A stretch of DNA of 47,652 nucleotides from an uncultured Bacilli bacterium (GTDB taxonomy: Bacteria > Bacillota_I > Bacilli_A > RF39 > UBA660). Below are positions 31,942 through 39,823 of this stretch, piece after piece. How positions within the stretch are numbered: position 1 is the first letter of the stretch; the number at the start of each line of letters is the position of its first letter. The position numbers were made by a program, and so were the translations under genes. The stretch spans positions 1 through 47,652 of the forward strand of contig CANQYF010000001.1 in NCBI GenBank assembly GCA_947628075.1. Direction: 5' to 3'. The notes under the pieces were generated by a model. The model worked only from the letters and a program-made list of their open reading frames with translations, had not been told where the DNA came from and did no database searches.

Positions 31942-32188
31942 ATTTAAACTCTACTTTCAAAATACTACCTAAAATAAGTAATTCTTGTTTAGTCATTTGC
32001 TTTATTTTTAAATTTGTCCCTTCAATCATTATCACTTTACTCTTTTGCCTGATAATAATTTCTGTATCACTTAGTTTATTTAACTTTTGATAATTAAAGA
32101 CATGCAAATGATTTTCATATATTGTTATGAAATCTTCTAAATCAAATAAATAATTTTTAAAGTATTCCTTAAAATGTAAATTCTTCAT
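31934..32188 (-). CDS. yqfC: YqfC-like protein
   Basis: 84 aa. IEGTNLKIKQMTKQELLILGSILKVEF matches the YqfC C-terminal pattern. It overlaps yqfD by 8 nt. Confidence 0.65.
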   Translation of the reverse strand: MKNLHFKEYFKNYLFDLEDFITIYENHLHVFNYQKLNKLSDTEIIIRQKSKVIMIEGTNLKIKQMTKQELLILGSILKVEFKYE

Positions 32189-32247
32189 CTCTATATTATA
32201 TTTTTTTGATAATAAAAAAATGAAATACTTATTAAAAGCATTCCATT

Positions 32248-32694
32248 TTATTTGCTTAATTTGGCTTTTACTATTCCACTAACTTTTGACATATCGGCGT
32301 TTTTAATATTTTCCGTAACAAATTTCATAATTTGTCCCATATCTTTCATACTAGTTGGTTTTAACTTTTCAAAAGCTTCATTAATAGTTTTTTCGATTTC
32401 TTCATCACTTGCTGCAGCTGGTAAATATTCACTTATTATTGCTATTTCTTTTTTTAAATCTTCAACTGTTTCTAATTTACCTAAATCACTATATTCTTTC
32501 ATTGAATCTGTTCTTTGCTTTACTTGTCTTTTTAAAACGTTAATAACCATGTCATCTTCTAACTTAGTTATTTCAACTTTGTTGTTAATTGCCTCTAATT
32601 GTAAAGCACTTTTTAACATTCTTAATACAGATAATCGAAATTTGTCGCCACTCTTTAAAGAATTTTTTAAATCATCGTTGATTTTCTCAAACAT
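32248..32694 (-). CDS. yqeY: GatB/YqeY domain protein
   Basis: 148 aa. DLKNSLKSGDKFRLSVLRMLKSAL ... MGQIMKFV is typical of YqeY, and it follows rpsU. Confidence 0.88.
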   Translation of the reverse strand: MFEKINDDLKNSLKSGDKFRLSVLRMLKSALQLEAINNKVEITKLEDDMVINVLKRQVKQRTDSMKEYSDLGKLETVEDLKKEIAIISEYLPAAASDEEIEKTINEAFEKLKPTSMKDMGQIMKFVTENIKNADMSKVSGIVKAKLSK

Positions 32695-32706
32695 AAAAAT
32701 TCCTCC

Positions 32707-32892
32707 TTAATTATGATTTCTTTTATGTGAATTTTTGATGCCTTCTTCTTTTTTTATTCTTCTTTCAACTCCAGGTTTAATATGAAATTTTCTTTTTTTA
32801 AGTTCTGAAGGGACTCCACTTCTGGCAACTTTAACTTTAAATTTCTTTAAAGCACTATCAATATTACCATTTTGTACTACAACCTTGGTCAC
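32707..32892 (-). CDS. rpsU: 30S ribosomal protein S21
   Basis: 61 aa, basic, with ALKKFKVKVARSGV...KKRKFHIKPG. GTG start 7 nt after GGGAGGG. Confidence 0.92.
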   Translation of the reverse strand: MTKVVVQNGNIDSALKKFKVKVARSGVPSELKKRKFHIKPGVERRIKKEEGIKNSHKRNHN

Positions 32893-32924
32893 AATTTCGC
32901 CCTCCCTTCGCTTTACTAAAGCAT

Positions 32925-32953
32925 ATTATAGCACTTACCATCCCATTTGACAA
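32925..32953 (-). promoter_or_regulatory. promoter of the rpsU operon
   Basis: The minus strand reads TTGTCA (32953-32948), a 17-nt spacer, then TATAAT (32930-32925). Confidence 0.6.
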
Positions 32954-33006
32954 CAAAAAAAGCCAAATAATCGAAAATACTAGGCAAAAAATTGTCAATT
33001 AATTAT

Positions 33007-33162
33007 TCATTTACAATAATTTTTTGACACAACTCTTTTTATAGTTGACCCTAGACTTCTGCCATAGTTAAAAATTGATTTCATGAAATTAATAACAGCA
33101 TCCACAAGTGCTCCCGACAAACTTCCACCTTTTACTAATAGTAAATCTTCATCTTTTAACAT
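33007..33162 (-). CDS. double-glycine-leader bacteriocin precursor B (51 aa; 38-aa cationic mature peptide)
   Basis: Hand translation gives MLKDEDLLLVKGG|SLSGALVDAVINFMKSIFNYGRSLGSTIKRVVSKNYCK. AGAAGGAGG RBS lies 5 nt before the ATG. TGA stop. Not in the ORF track (<60 aa). Confidence 0.75.
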   Translation of the reverse strand: MLKDEDLLLVKGGSLSGALVDAVINFMKSIFNYGRSLGSTIKRVVSKNYCK

Positions 33163-33174
33163 TTTTACCTCCTT

Positions 33175-33324
33175 CTAACATTTATTGGGATTTATATAAC
33201 CATCCCAAACTCCTATTAAAAAAACTGCAATTCCAGTTAATACACCAGTTATAAAACCAGCTAATTTAATACTGAAAGCTCCTCCTACTACATTCATCAT
33301 TTCTTCATTATTTAATACTTTCAA
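33175..33324 (-). CDS. double-glycine-leader bacteriocin precursor A (49 aa; 34-aa hydrophobic GxxxG-rich mature peptide)
   Basis: Hand translation from a TTG start 7 nt after AGAGGAGG gives MKVLNNEEMMNVVGG|AFSIKLAGFITGVLTGIAVFLIGVWDGYINPNKC. Not in the ORF track. Confidence 0.72.
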   Translation of the reverse strand: MKVLNNEEMMNVVGGAFSIKLAGFITGVLTGIAVFLIGVWDGYINPNKC

Positions 33325-33337
33325 TTTATTACCTCCT

Positions 33338-33763
33338 CTACTTAAATAATTCTAAAATGTATTTAATAACTTTTTGCTTTCCATAATAAATAGTAACTTC
33401 TCCTACTTCATTATTAAAAGCTTTACCATCTATAGTTAACTCAACTGTTTGCCAAACTTTATTATCAACTATTTTATATTCGCCAAAATCTTTAATTTGA
33501 TAACTTATCTTTGTCTTATTAAATTCTAATGTCTTACCTTTTTTGATTTTATCAGAGAGTGAGTTTTCTATTTCAATTGTCAGTATTCCATCATTTATAA
33601 AACCATAACAAGTTATCTTTTGATTAATCGAAGTAAAAAAAGCTAAAAAGACTAAATAGAAAATTAAAAATATAATACCAACAATAATTATAAAAAAGTT
33701 AATCTGATATAATTTTTGTAATTTGTCATAGTTAATTTGATAATAATTCATTCTTGACTCCAA
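33338..33763 (-). CDS. miniature HlyD/ComB-like bacteriocin export accessory protein (putative)
   Basis: 141 aa with one N-terminal TM helix and a beta-rich domain. The end, EVGEVTIYYGKQKVIKYILELF, resembles the C-terminus of LcnD/ComB-type accessory proteins. It overlaps the ABC gene stop. Confidence 0.45.
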   Translation of the reverse strand: MESRMNYYQINYDKLQKLYQINFFIIIVGIIFLIFYLVFLAFFTSINQKITCYGFINDGILTIEIENSLSDKIKKGKTLEFNKTKISYQIKDFGEYKIVDNKVWQTVELTIDGKAFNNEVGEVTIYYGKQKVIKYILELFK

Positions 33764-35792
33764 TCTCTATAATTTTTGAAAAAGCTTTTGTTTGATTTTT
33801 ATGCGATATATAGATAATTGTTTTATCTTGAAAATATTCTCGAATATTTTTGATAATTTTACTTTCTAATTTATAATCAACCTCACTTAACGCTTCATCT
33901 AAGATAATAATATTACTTTTTTTAAGTAGTCCTCTTGCTAATATGATTCTTTGCTTTTCACCTCCTGATAAATTTTTGGAATGTGGTTCGATTAATGATT
34001 CATAACGCATTGATTTTTTATTAACTATATCTTCGATTGCACATAATTTGCATATTTCCAAAAATTTATTTTCTTGCACATTACGTCCTAGCAAAATATT
34101 TTCTTTAATTGTTCCTGTAAAAAGTTTTTCATCTTGAGAAACATATAAAATATTTTTTCTTATCGTATTAAGATTTAAATCTTTAATATTTTTATTATCA
34201 ATAGTTATTTCTCCTTTTATATTATCAAACTCTTTATATAACAATTTACAAATAGTGCTTTTCCCAACTCCTGATGGTCCATTTAATAAAACGTGCTCTT
34301 TATCATTAATATTTAAATTTACATTCTTTAAAATATAATCATAATTATTATAAGAGTAACTAACATCTAAAAATTTTATATTTCCTTTTAAATTTAATTT
34401 AGCTTCTTCATTTTTTTCTTCTTCAATATTAATAAACTCTGCTATCTTTGCAAATGTTGCTTTAATATAATTAAATTTTGGTAGTAAATTAATAATATTT
34501 TGTATCGGATCAATACAATAAGATAATAAGAAGTTAAAGGTAAAAAGATCAACCAAATTTATAAGTCCCTGATAAATACACCAAAACCCATAAGAATTTA
34601 TAACAAATAAAGAACATTCGATAAAGAAACTTTTGCCTAAATTTGTTAAATTCACAAAGCTATTAAATTTAAAATTATTATATAAAAATCTCGCTAGATG
34701 CCTTTCTATTTTTTGTAATATATTATCTTTAATGTTTAAATTTTTAATACTTTCAAGCATATCGATTTGCTCAGTTATTAAGCTATTAAAATCAGTTTGA
34801 TAATCGACATTTTCTAAAACCTTTAAATATATAATTTTGCTGATTATAAAACCATAAATTATATAAAATATTAGGAAAATCAATAATATAAAAAACAATT
34901 TTTCATTAATTATATATAAGATAACCATAGATGCCAACATTAAAAGTGAATCAAGGATACCGGAGACAAAAATTTCCGAAAATAAATTTTTGATATTAGC
35001 AAGTTCGCCAATTCTCGTTACTATTTCTCCTGTCATTCGACTTTTAATATTTTTTAAAGGGAGTGAAAAAATATGCTCTATAAAATCCGGATAAATATAA
35101 GTATCAACTAAATTACTTAAATGATTTTCATAATAATCTCTTATAAAATAGATAAATATTTTAATCAATACTAAAGTTCCAAAAGCAAAGACAATATATT
35201 TTAAATAATTTAAATCAATACTTAATGCATTACTTCCAACTTTTAAATAATAACTACTAATAATAGACAATATAATCCATAGTATACTTGTTATTACTAT
35301 TTTTAAAACAAGAAACTTTTCCTTTTTAATAATGTTTAAAAATAGTTTACTAATGGTTATGCCTTTAGCCATTTTAATTATTGGTACTCGTGGATGCATT
35401 AAAATTAAATGTCCTGTAAATATGTTAGCAAAATCATCTATTAACATTTTTTTATCACCAACGCCTGGATCCATTAAATAAACAACGTTGTTTTTAACAC
35501 ATTTTATAACAACAAAATGTTCTAGTCCATTTTTCATAATTACATGTGCAATTAAAGGAAATTTTAAAGTTGACGATTTTAAATTTTTTTCTAATATTCC
35601 CACTGCATCAAATCCCCACTTTTTTAAAGCGTTAACTATATGATAAGCAGTTGTACCTTTCATATCAGTATTTGTATCTTCTCTTAGTTTTTCTAAAGAT
35701 ACATAACCGCCGTAATACATAAAAATCCATTCCATTGCACAGACACCACAATCTTTTGAATCTCTTTGAATGACCGGTTTAATATGTTTCAT
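33732..35792 (-). CDS. bacteriocin-processing ABC exporter with N-terminal C39 peptidase domain
   Basis: C39 catalytic Cys context QRDSKDCGVCA and His context EHFVVIKC...YLMDP. It has a six-TM region, Walker A GPSGVGKST, signature LSGGEKQR, and Walker B IIILDEA. Start set at the ATG (MKHIKPV) after AGGGAGG. The track start at 35807 is the RBS itself. Confidence 0.92.
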   Translation of the reverse strand: MKHIKPVIQRDSKDCGVCAMEWIFMYYGGYVSLEKLREDTNTDMKGTTAYHIVNALKKWGFDAVGILEKNLKSSTLKFPLIAHVIMKNGLEHFVVIKCVKNNVVYLMDPGVGDKKMLIDDFANIFTGHLILMHPRVPIIKMAKGITISKLFLNIIKKEKFLVLKIVITSILWIILSIISSYYLKVGSNALSIDLNYLKYIVFAFGTLVLIKIFIYFIRDYYENHLSNLVDTYIYPDFIEHIFSLPLKNIKSRMTGEIVTRIGELANIKNLFSEIFVSGILDSLLMLASMVILYIINEKLFFILLIFLIFYIIYGFIISKIIYLKVLENVDYQTDFNSLITEQIDMLESIKNLNIKDNILQKIERHLARFLYNNFKFNSFVNLTNLGKSFFIECSLFVINSYGFWCIYQGLINLVDLFTFNFLLSYCIDPIQNIINLLPKFNYIKATFAKIAEFINIEEEKNEEAKLNLKGNIKFLDVSYSYNNYDYILKNVNLNINDKEHVLLNGPSGVGKSTICKLLYKEFDNIKGEITIDNKNIKDLNLNTIRKNILYVSQDEKLFTGTIKENILLGRNVQENKFLEICKLCAIEDIVNKKSMRYESLIEPHSKNLSGGEKQRIILARGLLKKSNIIILDEALSEVDYKLESKIIKNIREYFQDKTIIYISHKNQTKAFSKIIEIGVKNELLSN

Positions 35793-35911
35793 TTTTCCTC
35801 CCTTCACTAATTACTTACGTCTTTTTTTTACCTTTTCCTTTTTTTTAAATTTAATTTATGAAATTTTTTATACATAACAACATAATATTTAGTAGTAATG
35901 AGGAGAGAGAT

Positions 35912-36406
35912 ATGATAAATAAACAAAATTTATGGTTTGTAACTTTATTTTCTTTAATTTTGATCTTGGGAATTTATTATGTAAGCATAGATGATGAAGT
36001 CGCTAATGTTTTAAAAACTGAAGAAAATAAAAATGATAATCAAGTAATTGAAATTACGGAATCAGATGTTTTAGTGGCTTTAGAAGTAGAAAATGATGAA
36101 GAAAAACAAGCATTATTAGAGGAATATCAAGATATTCTTTTAGATAGCGAAAGTACTTTAGAAGAAAAAAATAATGCTTATGAAAATATGCAAAAATTAA
36201 ATAATTCAAAAGCGGAAGAAACTAAAATTAAAAATTTAATTAAAGAAAAATTTAATCTAAATTCATTTGTTAAATTAAATGAAAAATCCATTAGTATAAC
36301 GGTGGCTTCCAAAAGTCATGATACTACTAAAGCTAATGATATTATAAGAGCAGTTCAATCTTTATACGAAAGTGAAATGTATATTACAGTTAAATTCAAT
36401 GAATAA
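35912..36406 (+). CDS. SpoIIIAH-like protein
   Basis: Start MINKQNLWFVTLFSLILILGIYYVS parallels the B. subtilis SpoIIIAH N-terminus. An acidic linker follows, then a C-terminal ISITVASKSHDTTKANDIIRAV...YITVKF like the SpoIIIAH YscJ/FliF-type domain. GAGGAG RBS. Confidence 0.55.
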   Translation: MINKQNLWFVTLFSLILILGIYYVSIDDEVANVLKTEENKNDNQVIEITESDVLVALEVENDEEKQALLEEYQDILLDSESTLEEKNNAYENMQKLNNSKAEETKIKNLIKEKFNLNSFVKLNEKSISITVASKSHDTTKANDIIRAVQSLYESEMYITVKFNE

Positions 36407-36409
36407 AAT

Positions 36410-36450
36410 TCTAAAAAAAAATCTACACAGTTTTGTAGATTATTTTTTTA
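36410..36450. terminator. bidirectional intrinsic terminator
   Basis: ATCTACA (36421-27) pairs with TGTAGAT (36434-40). It is flanked by an A9 run and a T7 run. Confidence 0.7.
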
Positions 36451-37159
36451 TCTTAACTATTTTTCTTAAATAAGCATCATTTTTATGTTTTTCATAATAT
36501 TCCGGATTTAACCAAATATATTTAAAATTTTCCCACATATTTTGACTTTTTAATTCTTCTTTTTCGCGATTTAATTCTTTAGTCGTTAAAATTTCCTTGT
36601 TTGGTAAAAAAGATTCTAAAATATAGCTAATAAAAGTAATTATTTCCATTACAGTGGCTGGAAATAATAACCAAAAGTATAATTTGCTATCTTCAAGTGC
36701 TAGGATACTATTTCGAAAATTCATACTTAAAAAACTGATATTAGCAATATCACTAGCCATAAAAGTAGCAACAACACAAATAGCTAAAACCCATACTTTA
36801 GCTTTACCAATAATATTAGATTGCACATTCATATTCTTTTTATATTTAATAAATTGAACAATAATAATTAATATTTCAAAGATTATTGGAATTAAAGCAT
36901 ATGGAGTAATTAAAAACAAAACAACAAAATTAATTATGGTAAATAATTTATCTGCTACGCCATCAAAAAGCGCCCCAAAAAAGGTTGAAGCATGAAATTT
37001 CCTAGCTAGGATTCCGTCAACACTATCAGTTAAATAACAAATCAAAGAGACTAACCCGACAACAAAGCCACCCATTTTTCTATAAACAGGAATTAAAATT
37101 ATAGTTCCAATAATTCTTATGAGTGTTAATAAATTAATTAATATTATTTTAAAAGCCAT
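36440..37159 (-). CDS. CDP-alcohol phosphatidyltransferase family protein (PgsA-like) with C-terminal extension
   Basis: DSVDGILARKFHASTFFGALFDGVADKL matches the D-x2-DG-x2-AR...G-x3-D-x3-D motif. Start set at the ATG 8 nt after GAGG. Confidence 0.8.
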   Translation of the reverse strand: MAFKIILINLLTLIRIIGTIILIPVYRKMGGFVVGLVSLICYLTDSVDGILARKFHASTFFGALFDGVADKLFTIINFVVLFLITPYALIPIIFEILIIIVQFIKYKKNMNVQSNIIGKAKVWVLAICVVATFMASDIANISFLSMNFRNSILALEDSKLYFWLLFPATVMEIITFISYILESFLPNKEILTTKELNREKEELKSQNMWENFKYIWLNPEYYEKHKNDAYLRKIVKIKK

Positions 37160-37180
37160 TATGTTCACCTCTTTGCTATT

Positions 37181-38083
37181 TTAAAATTTCTTACCATTTA
37201 AATAACTTTCTATATTCATTATGTTTTTACCAATTGGTTTAATTATATCAAAATAAATGATTCCGTCAATAGTTCCAATCCCTAAACTATTTTTATTAAC
37301 ATATACTTTACCAACTTCACTTTTTACTATTTCAAAATGACTTTTAACAATTTTTATTTCTTCCCCATTTATTGTTGTTTTTGTTAAAGGCCATGGACTA
37401 AATGCTCTAATTTTATTATAAATATTTTGCGCTGAATCATTAAAATCTAATTCTTCCATCTCTCTTTTTATCATCGGAGCTATTGTAGCTTCTTCATCAT
37501 TTTGTTTAATTCTCTTAATATTAAGAGTTATTAAATTTTCTAAATTATCTTGAAGTATTTTAGCACCCATTTCACTTAAAGCATCATGTAAAATACCAAC
37601 ATCATCATCTTTTTTTATTTTATATTCTACTTTAGCAATAATATCCCCTGTATCCATATGTTCATCCATATACATTAAAGTAATACCAGTTTTTTCTTCT
37701 CCATTTATTAATGCCCATTGGATTGGAGCAGCTCCTCTATATTTAGGTAAAAGAGATGCATGAATATTAACACAACCATATTTTGGATAATCAATTAGTT
37801 CTTTTGGTATTATTTTGCCATAAGCACAAGTAACAATTAAATCTGGTTTATATTTAATTATTTCTTCATATTCTATTTTTATATTATCAGGTGTTAATAC
37901 CGGAATATTATTTTTTATAGCTAACTCTTTTACTGGTGATGGTGTTAAAATTTTCTTACGACCAACATAAGCATCTTTTTTTGTAACTACTAAAACAACA
38001 TTAACATTTTCAATTAAAACTTCTAAAGGTTTTAATGAAAATTCGGGTGTCCCCATATATACTACTCTTACATCTTTATGCAT
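37181..38083 (-). CDS. fmt: methionyl-tRNA formyltransferase
   Basis: VVYMGTPEF, NIHASLLPKYRGAAPIQWALING (SLLP motif), and a C-terminal OB-like domain. Confidence 0.93.
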   Translation of the reverse strand: MHKDVRVVYMGTPEFSLKPLEVLIENVNVVLVVTKKDAYVGRKKILTPSPVKELAIKNNIPVLTPDNIKIEYEEIIKYKPDLIVTCAYGKIIPKELIDYPKYGCVNIHASLLPKYRGAAPIQWALINGEEKTGITLMYMDEHMDTGDIIAKVEYKIKKDDDVGILHDALSEMGAKILQDNLENLITLNIKRIKQNDEEATIAPMIKREMEELDFNDSAQNIYNKIRAFSPWPLTKTTINGEEIKIVKSHFEIVKSEVGKVYVNKNSLGIGTIDGIIYFDIIKPIGKNIMNIESYLNGKKF

Positions 38084-38281
38084 AATAATCACCTAGTAAT
38101 ATTATAAAATAAAATGTTTAAAAGCACTACTATCTTTTAACTTTTTATAGCAAAGCTTATTATGTTCAAAACATTTAAGTTCCTAATCCATCTATATAAT
38201 TAATAAATATTTAAATGCAATAAAATCAATATTTTTATAGTTTTACCAACATCATTTACTTCCTCCATTAAGTTAAACTAT

Positions 38282-39301
38282 TTATTCTGATTCTATTTCT
38301 AATCTTTTTTCTATATCTTCTATACTAGGTAAAGTGTCCTCTAAAAATTCTGGAATTTCTGACAATATTTTATATTCGCTTACACCAATAGGTTTATTTA
38401 TATCTTTCAAAGCTAGTTCTGCAGTTACCTTCTTTTTATCTTTACAAAGTAATATGCCAAATGTAGGGCTATCATTTTTATCTTTAATATATTTATCGAT
38501 AGCGCTTAAATAAAAATTCAATTTACCAGCATATTCTGGCCTAAATTCTGTTGTCTTTAATTCAATAACCACATAACTTCTAACTTTTAAATTATAAAAC
38601 AATAAATCAATATAATAATCTTCATTTTCTATTTCTAAATGATACTGTCTACCAATAAAGGCAAAACCCTGACCAAGTTCTAATAATAATTTAGTTATAT
38701 TATTAGTTAACTCTCTTTCAATATCTAATTCTTTAACATCTTTATCAGCAGTTATAAAATCGAAAATATAAGGATCTTTTAACAATTCTTTTGCTTGTTT
38801 ATTATTAGGTGTTGGTAAAGTTTCATCGAAATTAGTAGTTTTATTTTCTAAAAGAGCTTGTCTTTCATATAACTTACTTGCTATTTGATGTGTTAAAACC
38901 GAAACAGACCAACCATTTTCTATTGTTTCTTTTGCATACCATTTTCTGATTTTTTTATCTTTCACTCTATCTAATAATATTTGATTATGATTCCAAGACA
39001 ATTTTGCAAGGACTCCTTGCAAAAATTCATCATTATCAAATTCACTAGCAAATTTTTGCATATATCTTAAATTTCTTGCAGACATACCTTTAATTGTAGG
39101 AAACTCTATTTTTAAATCTTTTGCTAAAGTATCAATAAAAGATGTTCCCCATTTATTATTTTCAATTAACTTTAAGCCAATATGGTAATACATTAAAATT
39201 AAATCTTTATTTGCATTTTCAACAATCTTGTTTCTAGTTGCAATTAGTGTTTTTTTGATATCAGTTAATACTTCAAAATATTTATCATTCTTTTCTAACA
39301 T
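38282..39301 (-). CDS. YhcG-like PDDEXK nuclease (DUF1016 family)
   Basis: 339 aa with an N-terminal helical domain. The C-terminal YIDLLFYNLKVRSYVVIELKT gives a D...E-x-K nuclease core. Confidence 0.75.
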   Translation of the reverse strand: MLEKNDKYFEVLTDIKKTLIATRNKIVENANKDLILMYYHIGLKLIENNKWGTSFIDTLAKDLKIEFPTIKGMSARNLRYMQKFASEFDNDEFLQGVLAKLSWNHNQILLDRVKDKKIRKWYAKETIENGWSVSVLTHQIASKLYERQALLENKTTNFDETLPTPNNKQAKELLKDPYIFDFITADKDVKELDIERELTNNITKLLLELGQGFAFIGRQYHLEIENEDYYIDLLFYNLKVRSYVVIELKTTEFRPEYAGKLNFYLSAIDKYIKDKNDSPTFGILLCKDKKKVTAELALKDINKPIGVSEYKILSEIPEFLEDTLPSIEDIEKRLEIESE

Positions 39302-39538
39302 AATTTTCCTTTCATATAGATTTTATCCAAAGTATATAACCAATTTAACTTTGAATCATCCATTCCTCCTGTATTTTATACATCTTATAAATATACAATA
39401 CCACTAATAAAATAATCTGAAAAGAATAAATTTTACAATTTTTTTTGGTTTATTTATATTTCTAATTAAAAAGTCGCGATACTTTTGCAAAATATCACAA
39501 CTTTTAATTAATATTCAAGCCTTTAAATATAGTCTTTT

Positions 39539-39823
39539 CTAATTCATACTCCCTAAAATAAGTCCAACTAATTCTTCAATATTTTCCGTATAAACCATCA
39601 TTGCTTCTAAATAATCTTCATTTGTGCCATTATTGCCTTCGATATCACTTATTTCTTTACTTTTTAAAAACTCAAATGCTATTCCATGTTCAACTGCAAA
39701 TTTAAGTAAGAAGGCTATTATTAATTTTTGCTTTTCAATTATTTCATTATTTTTTTCATCTACATTTAATTTAACAAACTCATCCATAAAAGCTGTAAAT
39801 ACTTTTTGTTTTTCTTCCATCAT
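39539..39823 (-). CDS. hypothetical small helical protein (third gene of a coupled triad)
   Basis: 94 aa. Its ATG overlaps the upstream stop (ATGA), and GGAGG lies 9 nt upstream. Confidence 0.5.
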   Translation of the reverse strand: MMEEKQKVFTAFMDEFVKLNVDEKNNEIIEKQKLIIAFLLKFAVEHGIAFEFLKSKEISDIEGNNGTNEDYLEAMMVYTENIEELVGLILGSMN

